IMG/VR virus record: IMGVR_UViG_3300049009_000811
Span: 1-64,000 of that record
Length of the DNA stretch: 64,000 nt
Direction: 5' to 3' (one strand)
From: a virus
Taxonomy: Duplodnaviria > Caudoviricetes
The notes below the pieces were generated by a model. It made no database searches. It was not told the origin of the DNA and saw only the letters and a program-made list of their open reading frames with translations. The translations under genes and the position numbers were made by a program. This document shows, one piece after another, positions 10,346 through 20,320 of the stretch; position 1 is the first letter of the stretch; every line of letters starts with the position of its first letter.

Positions 10346-10410
10346 CCGTTCGCAACCGGTCTGGCACCCGATGGTCGTAACTTACTTTCAACTCAAAGGG
10401 AGAACCGAAG

Positions 10411-11589
10411 ATGGCTACTGGCGAAAAGAAGAAGAAACCGGTCAAGAAGAAATTGGTCAAGAAGAAGAAACTGATCAACGCTGGCAACCTCACTGGAGAC
10501 CTTTCCAGTATATGGGGCGACGCTGGTAAGCTCAAGGGCAGAACTGGAGTTCTCGCATGCCATTCTGCATGCGCCGATTCAAAAGTGTCCAGAATCAGTG
10601 GCGACGTAACGAACATCAAGGGCGATCCGACAAACATCAGCGGCGATGTCACGAAGATCAGGGGCGACGTTTCTGGCATCAAGGGCGATGTCACGAAGAT
10701 CAAGGGCGACGTTTCTGGCATCAAGGGCGATGTCACGAAGATCAAGGGCGACGTGACTGGCATCAAGGGCAATGTGCGCTGGCTCGGGGGCGATGTAGAA
10801 GACTTGGTTCGTCAAGGCGAGCTGAAGAAAATAAATCATAAGCTAAAAAAGGAACTTTTTAATGTCGGCGAAGAAGGAGAACTTACCGGAGACCTTTCCG
10901 GGATCTGGGGCGACGCCAAGAACATCAGGGGCGACGCTTCCAACATCAGGGGCGACGTGACTGGGATCGAGGGAGACCAGCCTTATCACGGCGAAAAAGC
11001 TTATGTAACGGATCTAAGGGGCGATGTAACGAACATAAGCGGCTTCATCGGAGGCATCACGGGGGATGTCACGAATCTTAGGGGGGATGTGACTGGTATC
11101 TCCACGTTCATGTGGGAAAGAGGCGAAGATTACCATACATGGGGCGAAGCCGACATGTCTGATCTCAGCGGCAATGTGAATGGAATCTATGGAGATGTGA
11201 CATATCAATTTGGTGACACGAATGGAAGCAGCAAATTTTATGGATATAGGGGCGAATGGTCCAATCTCAGCGGCGATGTAGAAGATCTGGTTCGACAAGG
11301 TCGGCTAAACTATTTTTCGAAGCATGAGCTAAAAGAGATGTATAAGATCGGTCGTGTCGCGTCAGCGACTAAGGCTGTCAAGGCGAAGGAAAATCCCGAG
11401 ACAAACCTGGTCGTTGGCAAAGTGTTCACGAATTTCGTTTTGTCTGAGAACTCTACTGGCGCTATGGTCAAAGCTTCTTATCTGGTTTGCCAAGGCAATC
11501 CCGGTGGCACAGGCAAACCAGATAAGAAGTCCAAGGAGTCTCGCCTGGTCGAGCTGCTCGAAGAGATCAAGGCGTTGTTCGCCGAGTAG
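10411..11589 (+). CDS. GDV heptapeptide-repeat protein, paralogue 3 (two repeat domains)
   Basis: Same leader, N- and C-terminus as 9260; two GDVEDLVRQG caps. Confidence 0.88.
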   Translation: MATGEKKKKPVKKKLVKKKKLINAGNLTGDLSSIWGDAGKLKGRTGVLACHSACADSKVSRISGDVTNIKGDPTNISGDVTKIRGDVSGIKGDVTKIKGDVSGIKGDVTKIKGDVTGIKGNVRWLGGDVEDLVRQGELKKINHKLKKELFNVGEEGELTGDLSGIWGDAKNIRGDASNIRGDVTGIEGDQPYHGEKAYVTDLRGDVTNISGFIGGITGDVTNLRGDVTGISTFMWERGEDYHTWGEADMSDLSGNVNGIYGDVTYQFGDTNGSSKFYGYRGEWSNLSGDVEDLVRQGRLNYFSKHELKEMYKIGRVASATKAVKAKENPETNLVVGKVFTNFVLSENSTGAMVKASYLVCQGNPGGTGKPDKKSKESRLVELLEEIKALFAE

Positions 11590-11654
11590 CCGTTCGTCCG
11601 GGGTCTGGCACCCGATGGTCGTAACTTACTTTCAACTCAAAGGGAGAACCGAAG

Positions 11655-11927
11655 ATGGCTAAGAAAGAGATGTTCTGTTCGTTGGGCGAGGCATACAAGG
11701 AGAACGGCGATTTCATCCCGAAGGGGACGCCAGTGCGGGTCATCACCTGGAGTCCGGACGACGAGAACCTGATGCGGGTCGAGGCTGTAGCCTACGTCTA
11801 CGCGGACAGTTCCGGCGACGAGACGCAGTCGTTCGTTGGTGGGAAGATATTCATCGACGTCAATCCTGAGTCGCTGACCTTCATGATGCTGGGCAACGAG
11901 GGCGACCTGGTAAAACAGGAATACTAG
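11655..11927 (+). CDS. hypothetical protein
   Basis: Leader identical to those of 9260/10411 up to ATGGCTA. Confidence 0.75.
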   Translation: MAKKEMFCSLGEAYKENGDFIPKGTPVRVITWSPDDENLMRVEAVAYVYADSSGDETQSFVGGKIFIDVNPESLTFMMLGNEGDLVKQEY

Positions 11928-11936
11928 GAGTTCCAC

Positions 11937-12086
11937 ATGAAGACTTACACGGTTACGATGAGGGAGGGGTCGAGCGAGTACAACCTCGTATTCGACTGCC
12001 AGGCTAAAGACGAGTCCGAAGCCAAGGGGTTGGCGGCAAGCCAGTTCCCCGGAGCCAGGATACTCGACGTGTTCATTATCCAGTAA
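11937..12086 (+). CDS. small hypothetical protein (49 aa)
   Basis: AGGAG SD; MKTYTVTMREG..LVFDCQAKDESEAK..FPGA resembles N-part of 36273(-). Confidence 0.6.
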   Translation: MKTYTVTMREGSSEYNLVFDCQAKDESEAKGLAASQFPGARILDVFIIQ

Positions 12087-12193
12087 CAAGTGAAAAGGAG
12101 TTCGCGTGTTCAACCTAGAGGAAAACGACATATGGTTCCTGTATGAGGCTTTCAGTTACCTGTCCGGTCTCATTTCATAGGAGGGTCTTTGGC

Positions 12194-12370
12194 ATGGATT
12201 TACCTGAAGTAAAGGACAAGGACGGCAAGCCCGTCGAGCTCGCGCCGGTCAAGTCGGTCAAGCTGAAGAGGGGCGGCAGGGACGAGCTTGAGAAGTTTCC
12301 CTGGTACGCCAACGGCAAGGGGGATTGGTTCGTGGAACTGGACCTCATCCGCGACTACGTAAGGTCGTGA
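12194..12370 (+). CDS. small hypothetical protein
   Basis: GGAGGG SD; stop just before motif A. Confidence 0.55.
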   Translation: MDLPEVKDKDGKPVELAPVKSVKLKRGGRDELEKFPWYANGKGDWFVELDLIRDYVRS

Positions 12371-12430
12371 AGCCGTTCGTTCGCTTTGTGGCACCCGATG
12401 GCTGTAACTTGACTCTAACCGGAGAATGAT

Positions 12431-13132
12431 ATGAGTGACTTCAGAAAATTGGATTACGCGATGATGCCTGTTGGCGGAGGGCAAATCGTGAACGTGAGCT
12501 ATGCTGTAGACGGGGATTATCTTTACTGCTGCAGCCACGACCAGAGCGACAACACCACCAGCTACAGCCGCGCGCCTCTAGACCTTGATGGGGAAACGGA
12601 ATTCGAGCCGTGGAACAACCAGTTGCCGGACATCGATGGCGAATGGGAAGCGTATGAGCCTAGATTCCGAGTTTGGGATGACGGAAATTCCGAGATCATC
12701 GAGGCTGAAGACATGGAAGCCGCCAAAGAAACGGCTGAGGAAATTTGGCAGGATGGGTCTTGGGATGAAAAATGCCTGATCGATGTGTATATCCAGCAGT
12801 TAGATTTCGATGATGAACCTATAGGGGATATGGAGGAGATTGAGGTGGAGTGCGGAGAGGAGACACCTGAGCCAGATTGCGCTGAAGGTGAAGAGCATGA
12901 ATGGGAATCGCCGCATGAACTGGTGGGTGGACTGGACCAGAATCCCGGCGTTTGGTCAACAGGCGGCACAACCTATGTTACAAAAACAGTGTGCAAAAAC
13001 TGTGGGATCTATCGCACTGAGACCGACTACGGTTCACAACGCAACCCCCAGCAGTGTGATCAGGTTGAGTATGAGGATTCTGACTACGACAGTCTGGAAT
13101 GGGTCGAAAACAACAAGAAAGAAGAGGTTTAA
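12431..13132 (+). CDS. acidic hypothetical protein with CxxC
   Basis: D/E-rich 233 aa; HEW..P, CKNCG. Confidence 0.75.
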   Translation: MSDFRKLDYAMMPVGGGQIVNVSYAVDGDYLYCCSHDQSDNTTSYSRAPLDLDGETEFEPWNNQLPDIDGEWEAYEPRFRVWDDGNSEIIEAEDMEAAKETAEEIWQDGSWDEKCLIDVYIQQLDFDDEPIGDMEEIEVECGEETPEPDCAEGEEHEWESPHELVGGLDQNPGVWSTGGTTYVTKTVCKNCGIYRTETDYGSQRNPQQCDQVEYEDSDYDSLEWVENNKKEEV

Positions 13133-13134
13133 AG

Positions 13135-13890
13135 ATGGCTACTTGTAAGAAGAAGAATAAACTGATAAACACGGGCTTGCTTACCGGAAACCTGGATGGG
13201 ATTTTCGGCGACGCCAAGAACATCAAGGGCAACGTCTCGAATATCAAGGGCGACGTGACGAAACTCAGCGGCGACGTGTCTGGTCTCGAGGGCGACGTGA
13301 CGAAACTCAGCGGCGACGCGACCGACGTCCTCGGAGACGTGAGCAACATCAGCGGAAACTTGTCGAAGATCTGGGGCGAGGCTTTCGGTCTTATTGGCGA
13401 TGTCTCGAACATCTATGGACAAGCGTCCAGCTACGTATGGGGAGACGTCACGGATCTCGAGGGCGACATTTCCAGGATAGAGGGAGACGTTACGGGTCTC
13501 AAGGGCGAACTCTTCGGCATCTGGGGAGTCGTCACGAACATCAGGGGAAAGCTGCGGACGCACGGAAAGTGTCCTGAGTACGGCGAGTTACCAGGTCTCA
13601 GCGGATACGTGACGAACATCAGCGGAAACGTGTCCAACATCTGGGGCTACGTGGGCGGTCTCGACGGTCTAAGGGGCGACGTTTCCAAGATCGAGGGCGA
13701 CGTGTCCGAGATCAGGGGCGACGTTTCTCATATCAGCGGCGACGTGTTCGGTCTCAGCGGACACGTGTCCAATATCTATGGCGACGTGTCCGGTATCCAT
13801 GGCGACGTCACCGGTCTCAAGGGCACCCCGAGCGGTCTCTTTGGCAAAGTCAAAAAACTGGTTAAAAACGGCTGGCTGGAACGATGCTAG
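13135..13890 (+). CDS. GDV heptapeptide-repeat protein, paralogue 4
   Basis: MATCKKKNKLINTGLLTGNL cap and repeats; stop TAG overlaps motif A. Confidence 0.85.
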   Translation: MATCKKKNKLINTGLLTGNLDGIFGDAKNIKGNVSNIKGDVTKLSGDVSGLEGDVTKLSGDATDVLGDVSNISGNLSKIWGEAFGLIGDVSNIYGQASSYVWGDVTDLEGDISRIEGDVTGLKGELFGIWGVVTNIRGKLRTHGKCPEYGELPGLSGYVTNISGNVSNIWGYVGGLDGLRGDVSKIEGDVSEIRGDVSHISGDVFGLSGHVSNIYGDVSGIHGDVTGLKGTPSGLFGKVKKLVKNGWLERC

Positions 13891-13948
13891 CCGTTCGTTC
13901 GCTTTCTGGCACCCCATGGTTGTAACTTGACTCTAACTGGAGAATGGA

Positions 13949-14164
13949 ATGAACACGACCAAGAAAAGTTTTTGTTCGAGCAATCACGAAATCATCAGAC
14001 TCGGGGATGAGATTTACAACATCATCAAGAGTAATGGCTATGATTGCCAGGACAGCATCGTGTCTTTGGACCGCATAAACCATTTCGTCGATGGCATAGT
14101 CAAGGATTCTCGTGGCGAAATTTCAAAAGACTGTTACTGTGATCGGTGCGGAAACCCCAAGTAA
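13949..14164 (+). CDS. small hypothetical protein
   Basis: After motif A and SD; C-terminal CYCDRC. Confidence 0.6.
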   Translation: MNTTKKSFCSSNHEIIRLGDEIYNIIKSNGYDCQDSIVSLDRINHFVDGIVKDSRGEISKDCYCDRCGNPK

Positions 14165-14174
14165 GGAGTTTATC

Positions 14175-14435
14175 ATGAACATGATCAAGTCGATGTTGCA
14201 GGACGAGGTGGTGCATCACATGGAGGGTCTTGGCTTCAAGCACTCCGGGAAGTCCAACTGGGACTTGGGCAGGGTGCGGGTCATGCTCGACGACGGCGAA
14301 CTGTCCGTCATCGTCTTCGACATCGGACCCGAGCAGGGCGTGGTCGGATACAAGATGACCATACAGGACAGCGCGGGCTCGGAAGTCATTTCCGCCGCGA
14401 TCGAAATGGTTCTCGGCTTCGAGAACGAGGACTAG
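14175..14435 (+). CDS. hypothetical protein
   Basis: TAAGGAG SD. Confidence 0.65.
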   Translation: MNMIKSMLQDEVVHHMEGLGFKHSGKSNWDLGRVRVMLDDGELSVIVFDIGPEQGVVGYKMTIQDSAGSEVISAAIEMVLGFENED

Positions 14436-14538
14436 ACGGCAATACAATCCGTGGCATTCCGCCGCGGAGAGCAATTGGATGCCTGCCCCCTGGCGTGTAG
14501 CCGGCGGGGTCGAGCGTCCGCATATAGGAGGTTTTGAC

Positions 14539-14955
14539 ATGAGTGTTACTACGAAAAACAAGGTTCAGGAATTGTATCCATATGATTATTTTGGCATGCT
14601 GGTATTTGATGACGCTTCTGTCGGGCTCGACAAAGAACCTTTCGTCCAGGGAGTGCCGGAGATAATCTACGCCCTATGCGAAGCGGTCGGCGTCAAGAAC
14701 CCGCAAAAGGGTTTCACCCTCAAGTTCAGCGACGAGAAGTTCGACGGGTTCCAGGTCGAAGCCAAGCGGCTCCGCGAGGAAAGCGGCGGCAACTGGTACC
14801 TGGTGAACGGTCATGAGGGTTGGCTTTGCCCGGCACTCTTCAAGTACTTCACCGAGGCGCCTGACCGGCTATACTTCGCGGTGGCTCCAGCCAGCGCCGA
14901 CGTACTAGAGGTGATCGCCGAGGAGAAGAAGAAGTTCGGGTTCTTCGGTTCATAG
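14539..14955 (+). CDS. conserved phage hypothetical protein
   Basis: VFDD..GL.KEPFV.G and GWLCPALFKYF..AP motifs; AGGAGG SD. Confidence 0.75.
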   Translation: MSVTTKNKVQELYPYDYFGMLVFDDASVGLDKEPFVQGVPEIIYALCEAVGVKNPQKGFTLKFSDEKFDGFQVEAKRLREESGGNWYLVNGHEGWLCPALFKYFTEAPDRLYFAVAPASADVLEVIAEEKKKFGFFGS

Positions 14956-15075
14956 TTCCTTTCCGAAAACGGAAATCTTTCAGGGCTGCGAGCGAATAAC
15001 TCGTAGCCCTGATTTTTTACGGCCGTTCGTTCCAAGTCCGGCACCCCACATCCATACAAACAACGAGGAGAAGCC

Positions 15076-16152
15076 ATGCAGAGACAGAAATACTTTTTCG
15101 GACCCAACGACCCCTGGGGAACACCCGCGCCAGACGAAGCCCAGAAGAAGTGGATGGTAAGCAGGGAAAACCCGAGCTGCCCGTTCTTCACCTTCGTGGG
15201 CAACGAGAAGGCGGTCAGGAAACTCCAGGCGGTGGCGTATGACGCCTTGGGCAGGGAAAACCACCTGTGCAGGGAGATCGCGTTCTCCGTGTTCGGTCCA
15301 GCCAGTTCCGGCAAGACCACGCTCGTGAAGATGTTCTCCAAGGTTCTCGGTCTCCCTTTCGTGGAGTTCGGACCTCAGGTGAAGTCGTGCGAGGACATAT
15401 ACAGGGAGTTGGAGAGGGTCATGGCTTTGGAGGGCGTCCCCCTCATAGAGTACAAGAGGAAGGGATATTTCGAGACCCCGCCATGCGTGATATTCATAGA
15501 CGAGATACACGCCGTGGCTGACTCGGTCGTGCAGGGTCTCCTCAAGGCTACGGAGTACAACGACAGCAAGCTGATCACCGAGAAGGGCAAGACCGTCGAC
15601 TGCCACAACGTATGCTGGGTCATAGCGACCACGGACGAGGGCATGCTATTCGACGCCTTCAGGTCGAGGTTCAGCCCTCTGGTTCTGAACTACCTCACGA
15701 ACAGGGAGATATCGACCATAGTGCAGAACGCCAACCCCGACATGCCGAAGGAGTCGTGCGACCTCATATCGTTCTTCAACAGCAGGGTTCCGCGCAAGGC
15801 TCTGGAGTTCGCCAGATACGTCAAGATCGTCAAGTCCATGAACAGTTCGGAGACATGGGAGTCGGTCATAAGGGGGGTAGCCGCCGACGAGGGGATAGAT
15901 TCCCACGGCATGAACCAGATGCACCGCAGGGTCATAGAGGCTCTGGCCAGAAGCCCAGTTCCGAAAAGCCGAATGCCTCTGGTCGTGGGTCGGAAGAAGG
16001 AGGAGGTCGAGCGTTACGTTATGCCACTCCTGCTGACCGACACCGATGACTCGAAAGCGTTGGTAACCGTGAACAACAAGGGGTATGTCCTCACTTCCGA
16101 CGGGGTCAACGCCTGCAGGGATAGGGGGATAGAAGTAAGTGTTGAAATTTAA
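15076..16152 (+). CDS. RuvB-like AAA+ ATPase
   Basis: Walker A GPASSGKTT, Walker B IFIDEIH, IATT..G.L.DAFRSRF, VPRKAL; C-terminal winged-helix-like segment as in RuvB. Confidence 0.75.
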   Translation: MQRQKYFFGPNDPWGTPAPDEAQKKWMVSRENPSCPFFTFVGNEKAVRKLQAVAYDALGRENHLCREIAFSVFGPASSGKTTLVKMFSKVLGLPFVEFGPQVKSCEDIYRELERVMALEGVPLIEYKRKGYFETPPCVIFIDEIHAVADSVVQGLLKATEYNDSKLITEKGKTVDCHNVCWVIATTDEGMLFDAFRSRFSPLVLNYLTNREISTIVQNANPDMPKESCDLISFFNSRVPRKALEFARYVKIVKSMNSSETWESVIRGVAADEGIDSHGMNQMHRRVIEALARSPVPKSRMPLVVGRKKEEVERYVMPLLLTDTDDSKALVTVNNKGYVLTSDGVNACRDRGIEVSVEI

Positions 16153-16194
16153 CCAGGCATTGGTTAGAATCCGACTTTTTAAGGAGTGAAGCCG

Positions 16195-16389
16195 GTGAAG
16201 AAAGACAGGCAGGCGAAAGCCATGAGGATCATGGTCGTCCTCTCCGCCAGGATGGCGAGGAGGGTAGGATGCGAGACCGACTGCGAGATAGACTCGATGT
16301 TGAGGGTTCGCGACAAATACGAGGAGGCTGTCGGCGGCATGATCGACGACAACCTCAGGAGGTTCGATCTGGTAAGCATCATAGCTTGA
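16195..16389 (+). CDS. small hypothetical protein
   Basis: TAAGGAG upstream; start uncertain (16186 or 16195). Confidence 0.45.
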   Translation: MKKDRQAKAMRIMVVLSARMARRVGCETDCEIDSMLRVRDKYEEAVGGMIDDNLRRFDLVSIIA

Positions 16390-16399
16390 GGAGGATGGG

Positions 16400-16780
16400 A
16401 TGAGCAGCAAATACAAGACCGAAAACGTGAGGAAACTGGTGGTCATGGTCAGCGACGCGCTCGCGCCGGTGTTCCGTGAGGGCGACTACAGCCCCGTCAC
16501 CGTGACGAAGCGGCTCGACGCGATCGCCTACCATTTCCTGGGTGACGAGGACCTGATCAGCGGCGAGATGGACCAGAGCCGCAAGGACAAGGTGTGCGTC
16601 CTCGAGGACTGCATCAGGGGATGGGAGAAATACGCCGAGCAGCTGTGTGACGACCCGGGCTTCATCGCCGAGCGGGACGACGGGTTCGGCAAGCAGTGCG
16701 CGGTCAACGTGTTCATGGCGCATATACTTTTCCATTACATAGACTCCCGCGACAAAACCATATTCAACAAGGACGAGTGA
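16400..16780 (+). CDS. hypothetical protein
   Basis: GAGGAGG SD. Confidence 0.7.
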   Translation: MSSKYKTENVRKLVVMVSDALAPVFREGDYSPVTVTKRLDAIAYHFLGDEDLISGEMDQSRKDKVCVLEDCIRGWEKYAEQLCDDPGFIAERDDGFGKQCAVNVFMAHILFHYIDSRDKTIFNKDE

Positions 16781-16784
16781 CCAC

Positions 16785-17117
16785 ATGTTCAAGGTTAACC
16801 AGAGGAACAACAGCGGCTTCCGCATCGCGTTCGACAACGGCTTCGTCGCGTCGGTGCAGTGGGGACCGGGGACGTACTCCTCGAACCACGGTTCGGACTA
16901 CGGCGACAATTCGTTGGAATCCAAAACCGCCGAGGTCGCGATCATGGACGAGGAAGGCAAGTTCTACGACCAGGACGGCAGGGTTGCGGTACTCGCGGAC
17001 CAGGTAATCGGATATAGGACGCCAGAAGAGGTGGCTAGCTTCATATATAATGTCAGCCAGTTGAGGAGGAGACATGCTGAAGAGATTGAAGAGGATGTTG
17101 AGGATGGCGGAGCTTGA
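16785..17117 (+). CDS. conserved phage hypothetical protein
   Basis: FDNGFVASVQWG.GTY...AEVAI motif. Confidence 0.7.
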   Translation: MFKVNQRNNSGFRIAFDNGFVASVQWGPGTYSSNHGSDYGDNSLESKTAEVAIMDEEGKFYDQDGRVAVLADQVIGYRTPEEVASFIYNVSQLRRRHAEEIEEDVEDGGA

Positions 17118-17382
17118 CCTAAAGACGTGGCACGCCGACGGCGACTGCCACGATCCCGAGACGGTCGAATACCTCGAGGGGAAGATACAGGGACTCAGGC
17201 TCGCCGTCATGGCGGTCAAGGAGTCCGATGGTTGAGTTCTTCGTGTTCTTCACCTTGTCGGCAACCCTGTCGATACTGTACATGTGCTATCTCTTCCTGA
17301 GGGAGCACGAGTGAGCCGTTCGCCGGGAATCCGGCACCCTATGTTCGTAAACACCAACCTACCCAGTAGAAAGGGGACCGAG

Positions 17383-17658
17383 ATGGCAGTCAACCTAGAT
17401 AAAGAACCGAAAGAGACCAAGCCCAAGGTCGCTCCGAAGCCGGACGACTCGGTGATACTGATGAACCTTTACAAGAAGGTTTCCCGTATCGACAAGACGA
17501 TCCGGGAGTCGGTGGTCAACGTGTACGCGGACAGGTACCGCGTCAACATATGGAAGAGCATCGAGAACGACTTCATCCCCAACGCCGGCTTCATAGCGGC
17601 GAGCTACTTCCTGGTGGCTGACAAGGACGGGTCGGTGACGATCCTGGGGGGATCATGA
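17383..17658 (+). CDS. hypothetical protein
   Basis: Motif A upstream; VY.DRYRVNIW, SYFL. Confidence 0.7.
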   Translation: MAVNLDKEPKETKPKVAPKPDDSVILMNLYKKVSRIDKTIRESVVNVYADRYRVNIWKSIENDFIPNAGFIAASYFLVADKDGSVTILGGS

Positions 17659-18266
17659 ACTTCAAGGATTGGATGAGCGAGTCGTCATTCGACAGTTCCA
17701 CGTTGCTGAGGGAGATGGCTATCCAGTCTCCCTCGGCGCTCAACAAGATACACAAGGCTTTCGCCTTCGTAACCGACAACAATCTGCAGGGCGAGTGCGT
17801 TCTGGTCGGCGGCATGGCTGTCGCCCACTGGACATCCAGGACAATAACGCCAGACGTCGACTTCCTGTGCGGGAACATCGGCGCCGTCAAGGCTGCGCTG
17901 TCGAAGGACGGCATAGATTTCTCGCCGGTCACGTTCGCCAACCTGGGCACGACCGGCGGATTCACCGTCCCGTCGTTCGACGCCGACTTCCTGGACCCGT
18001 CCGGTTCAAACCTGCCGGTCAACATGAACATACTCGACAGCGCGGCTCCGTCCACGATAGCGGGCATGACCATCATGGTGGCTGATCCTGCGGCACTTGC
18101 TATTCAAAAGTTCGTTACTGGCAGGACGAAAGACCTGGACGACGGGTTCAAGTTGCTCGCCGTGTGCGACAAGTCCAAGCTGAAGGCAATGCTGAAGAAT
18201 CTGCAGCGTGACTTGCCGGAGGAGATGAGCGCCAAGGAGATATGGAACTACGCGAAGGTCGTGTAG
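17655..18266 (+). CDS. nucleotidyltransferase-fold protein
   Basis: VLVGGMAVAHW..RT.TPDVDFL and K...GRTKDLDD; N-terminal MNFKDWMSE. Confidence 0.7.
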   Translation: MNFKDWMSESSFDSSTLLREMAIQSPSALNKIHKAFAFVTDNNLQGECVLVGGMAVAHWTSRTITPDVDFLCGNIGAVKAALSKDGIDFSPVTFANLGTTGGFTVPSFDADFLDPSGSNLPVNMNILDSAAPSTIAGMTIMVADPAALAIQKFVTGRTKDLDDGFKLLAVCDKSKLKAMLKNLQRDLPEEMSAKEIWNYAKVV

Positions 18267-18347
18267 ATCTATTTACGAAAACAACGAATGAGTGTATGAT
18301 GATATAGCCCTGTATGGATCAGGGCTATATTTTTTTAGGAGGATACG

Positions 18348-18797
18348 ATGAGGAATATTGTTTTGTGTCTGGGTCTCATGTTGCCTGGAGTATCGTTCGG
18401 CGGTGACGGTCTTGTCAGCCGCGTAATCAACGGAACGCCCAACCAGGTCTGCACGTCCTTCGTGGACGAGGTCAGGATAGAGAAGAGGATGGTCAGGACA
18501 TGCGACGGCTTGTGCGCCAGGTTCGAGTGCAGGGACTTCGCGGTCACGTACCGCAAGAAGGTCTGGACCGAGAAGGTGCCGACGGTCGAGTGCGTCTCCA
18601 GGGTCATCCAGGTCAACAGGACCGTATGCCAGTGCGTCAACGGGTGCATGGTTCCGACGGTAGTGCAGGAGAGCGTGGTGGTCAACACGCCTACCGTGGT
18701 CGGCTACACCGACAGGGTCATACGTTTCGGCATACCCATAAAGGTGTGCGAGCAGCCGGTGGCATACGGCACGGTCGCGCCGCCGTTGGCTCAGTGA
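18348..18797 (+). CDS. secreted Cys/Val-rich protein
   Basis: AGGAGG SD; signal-peptide-like N-terminus; beta-rich with many Cys. Confidence 0.6.
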   Translation: MRNIVLCLGLMLPGVSFGGDGLVSRVINGTPNQVCTSFVDEVRIEKRMVRTCDGLCARFECRDFAVTYRKKVWTEKVPTVECVSRVIQVNRTVCQCVNGCMVPTVVQESVVVNTPTVVGYTDRVIRFGIPIKVCEQPVAYGTVAPPLAQ

Positions 18798-18977
18798 TGT
18801 TCGAGACGAACCTCCTTTACGCGGCAGCCACGGTGCTGATAGCCTGGATCTGCTGGCTGGCTTGCGTACCCGAATGATAAAGGGGGCTGAAAAGCCCCCT
18901 TTCCCTTTCCCAGCCGTTCGCCGGACTCCCGGCACCCCATGTTCGTAAATGACTTAACCCTAACAGGAGAACTGGAC

Positions 18978-19253
18978 ATGAAGATTGAACATTACCAGGG
19001 CGACGGGCGAGACGGACCTTTCGGCTACTGCCAGGGGGTCTTCATCAAGTGGCTGATCAACGAGGAAGGCGAGTTCGACTTCATCCTCGAGGAAGACCAC
19101 GAGTGGGATATCTACGAGTCAGGAGACATGGCTGACGAGTGCGACCTCGAGTACGCCCTCAGGAAATGGATCGAGGAGGAGGGCGAGAAGCCCAATCCAG
19201 TGGTACTCAAGAGGATACAGGCGGCGTGCGCCGAGATCGGGAGCGAGAAGTGA
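18978..19253 (+). CDS. acidic hypothetical protein
   Basis: Motif A and AGGAG SD. Confidence 0.7.
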   Translation: MKIEHYQGDGRDGPFGYCQGVFIKWLINEEGEFDFILEEDHEWDIYESGDMADECDLEYALRKWIEEEGEKPNPVVLKRIQAACAEIGSEK

Positions 19254-19416
19254 ACGACATAGCAAGGCACCTGCAATCCATGCTGCTGCGCCAGCGCGGT
19301 CAGAACGGGAAGCTCGCCGAGGAGATATCCGAGAAGCTGTCCGCCGAGAGCCAGGAGCGCCTGTTCAGGATCTTCCAGGACATGGAAGGCGAGGCTACGG
19401 CGAACAGGAGGAAGAC

Positions 19417-19692
19417 GTGGATGAGATGATATGGGACGAGCATGACCTGGCTGCCGAGTTCGCGAAGCGGGTCGTCGAGAAGATAGGTCCCGAGAACGCG
19501 GAACTTGTCGACAGGATGAACAGGAGCGGCGTGTACGGCAAGTACTGCGCCAGCTTCGATTACTGCAAGCCGGTGGAAATCATCAATGATGCTATTGACT
19601 TTCTCGGCATGAACAGGCAAGATTGGGATTCGATCAGCGAGGCTTGGCGGATCTGCACCACCGAGGGGTTCGTCAGGCACTCGACCGAGTGA
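19417..19692 (+). CDS. hypothetical protein
   Basis: ORF in co-directional run. Confidence 0.55.
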   Translation: MDEMIWDEHDLAAEFAKRVVEKIGPENAELVDRMNRSGVYGKYCASFDYCKPVEIINDAIDFLGMNRQDWDSISEAWRICTTEGFVRHSTE

Positions 19693-19727
19693 TCGGACAG
19701 ACATACTTTATTTCAAAGGAGTGATAC

Positions 19728-20036
19728 GTGAAGGTAGTCTATCTCTACAATGACGGAACGAAGAAGATCTCCGGGACCAACGTGTTCACGGCATGCAGTC
19801 AGCTGGACGCTTACTTCCTGCTGCTGGACATAGTCGAGACCGAGATCGAAAGCGGATACAAGAAGTACACCGACAGCCAGGTGAAGGACATCTTCTCGTC
19901 GGAGAGCTTCGATCTGCATGACGGCGATCACGTTGCGATCGCCGACTGGAACGGTCAAGGCGACCCAGTGGAAGCCGCGAATTACCATTTTCAAGGAGGA
20001 AAGAAGAAATGTTCAAGATCAAGAAAACTTGCATGA
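19728..20036 (+). CDS. hypothetical protein
   Basis: AAGGAG SD before GTG. Confidence 0.6.
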   Translation: MKVVYLYNDGTKKISGTNVFTACSQLDAYFLLLDIVETEIESGYKKYTDSQVKDIFSSESFDLHDGDHVAIADWNGQGDPVEAANYHFQGGKKKCSRSRKLA

Positions 20037-20197
20037 GGACTAAGGACAAGCTGGTTGTCTACGACACTGATTCCCATTCGCCCGAGTTCGTTCTCGCCGG
20101 ACCGGACATCAGCGCGGAGGAGATAAGCGTGAGCAGGCTGCCGGAAGGTTTCCGGTGGGTCAACAACAACGAGATAGAGGTATTCCCTTCTATCTGA
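20009..20197 (+). CDS. small hypothetical protein
   Basis: AAGGAGG upstream; LPEGFRWV. Confidence 0.55.
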   Translation: MFKIKKTCMRTKDKLVVYDTDSHSPEFVLAGPDISAEEISVSRLPEGFRWVNNNEIEVFPSI

Positions 20198-20202
20198 AAA
20201 AA

Positions 20203-20274
20203 GGGACCGTAGCTCAACGGCAGAGCAGGGAACTCATAATTCCTTGGTTCCCGGTTCGAATCCGGGCGGTCCCA
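20203..20274 (+). tRNA. tRNA with CAT anticodon (Ile2 or elongator Met)
   Basis: Acceptor GGGACCG/CGGTCCC+A, anticodon arm GGGAA-CTCATAA-TTCCT, T-arm CCCGG-TTCGAAT-CCGGG; CCA not encoded. Confidence 0.92.
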
Positions 20275-20320
20275 ATTGCCGAAGGCACTTCGCCGAGGCT
20301 GCGTCTAAAGAAAGAAAAAA

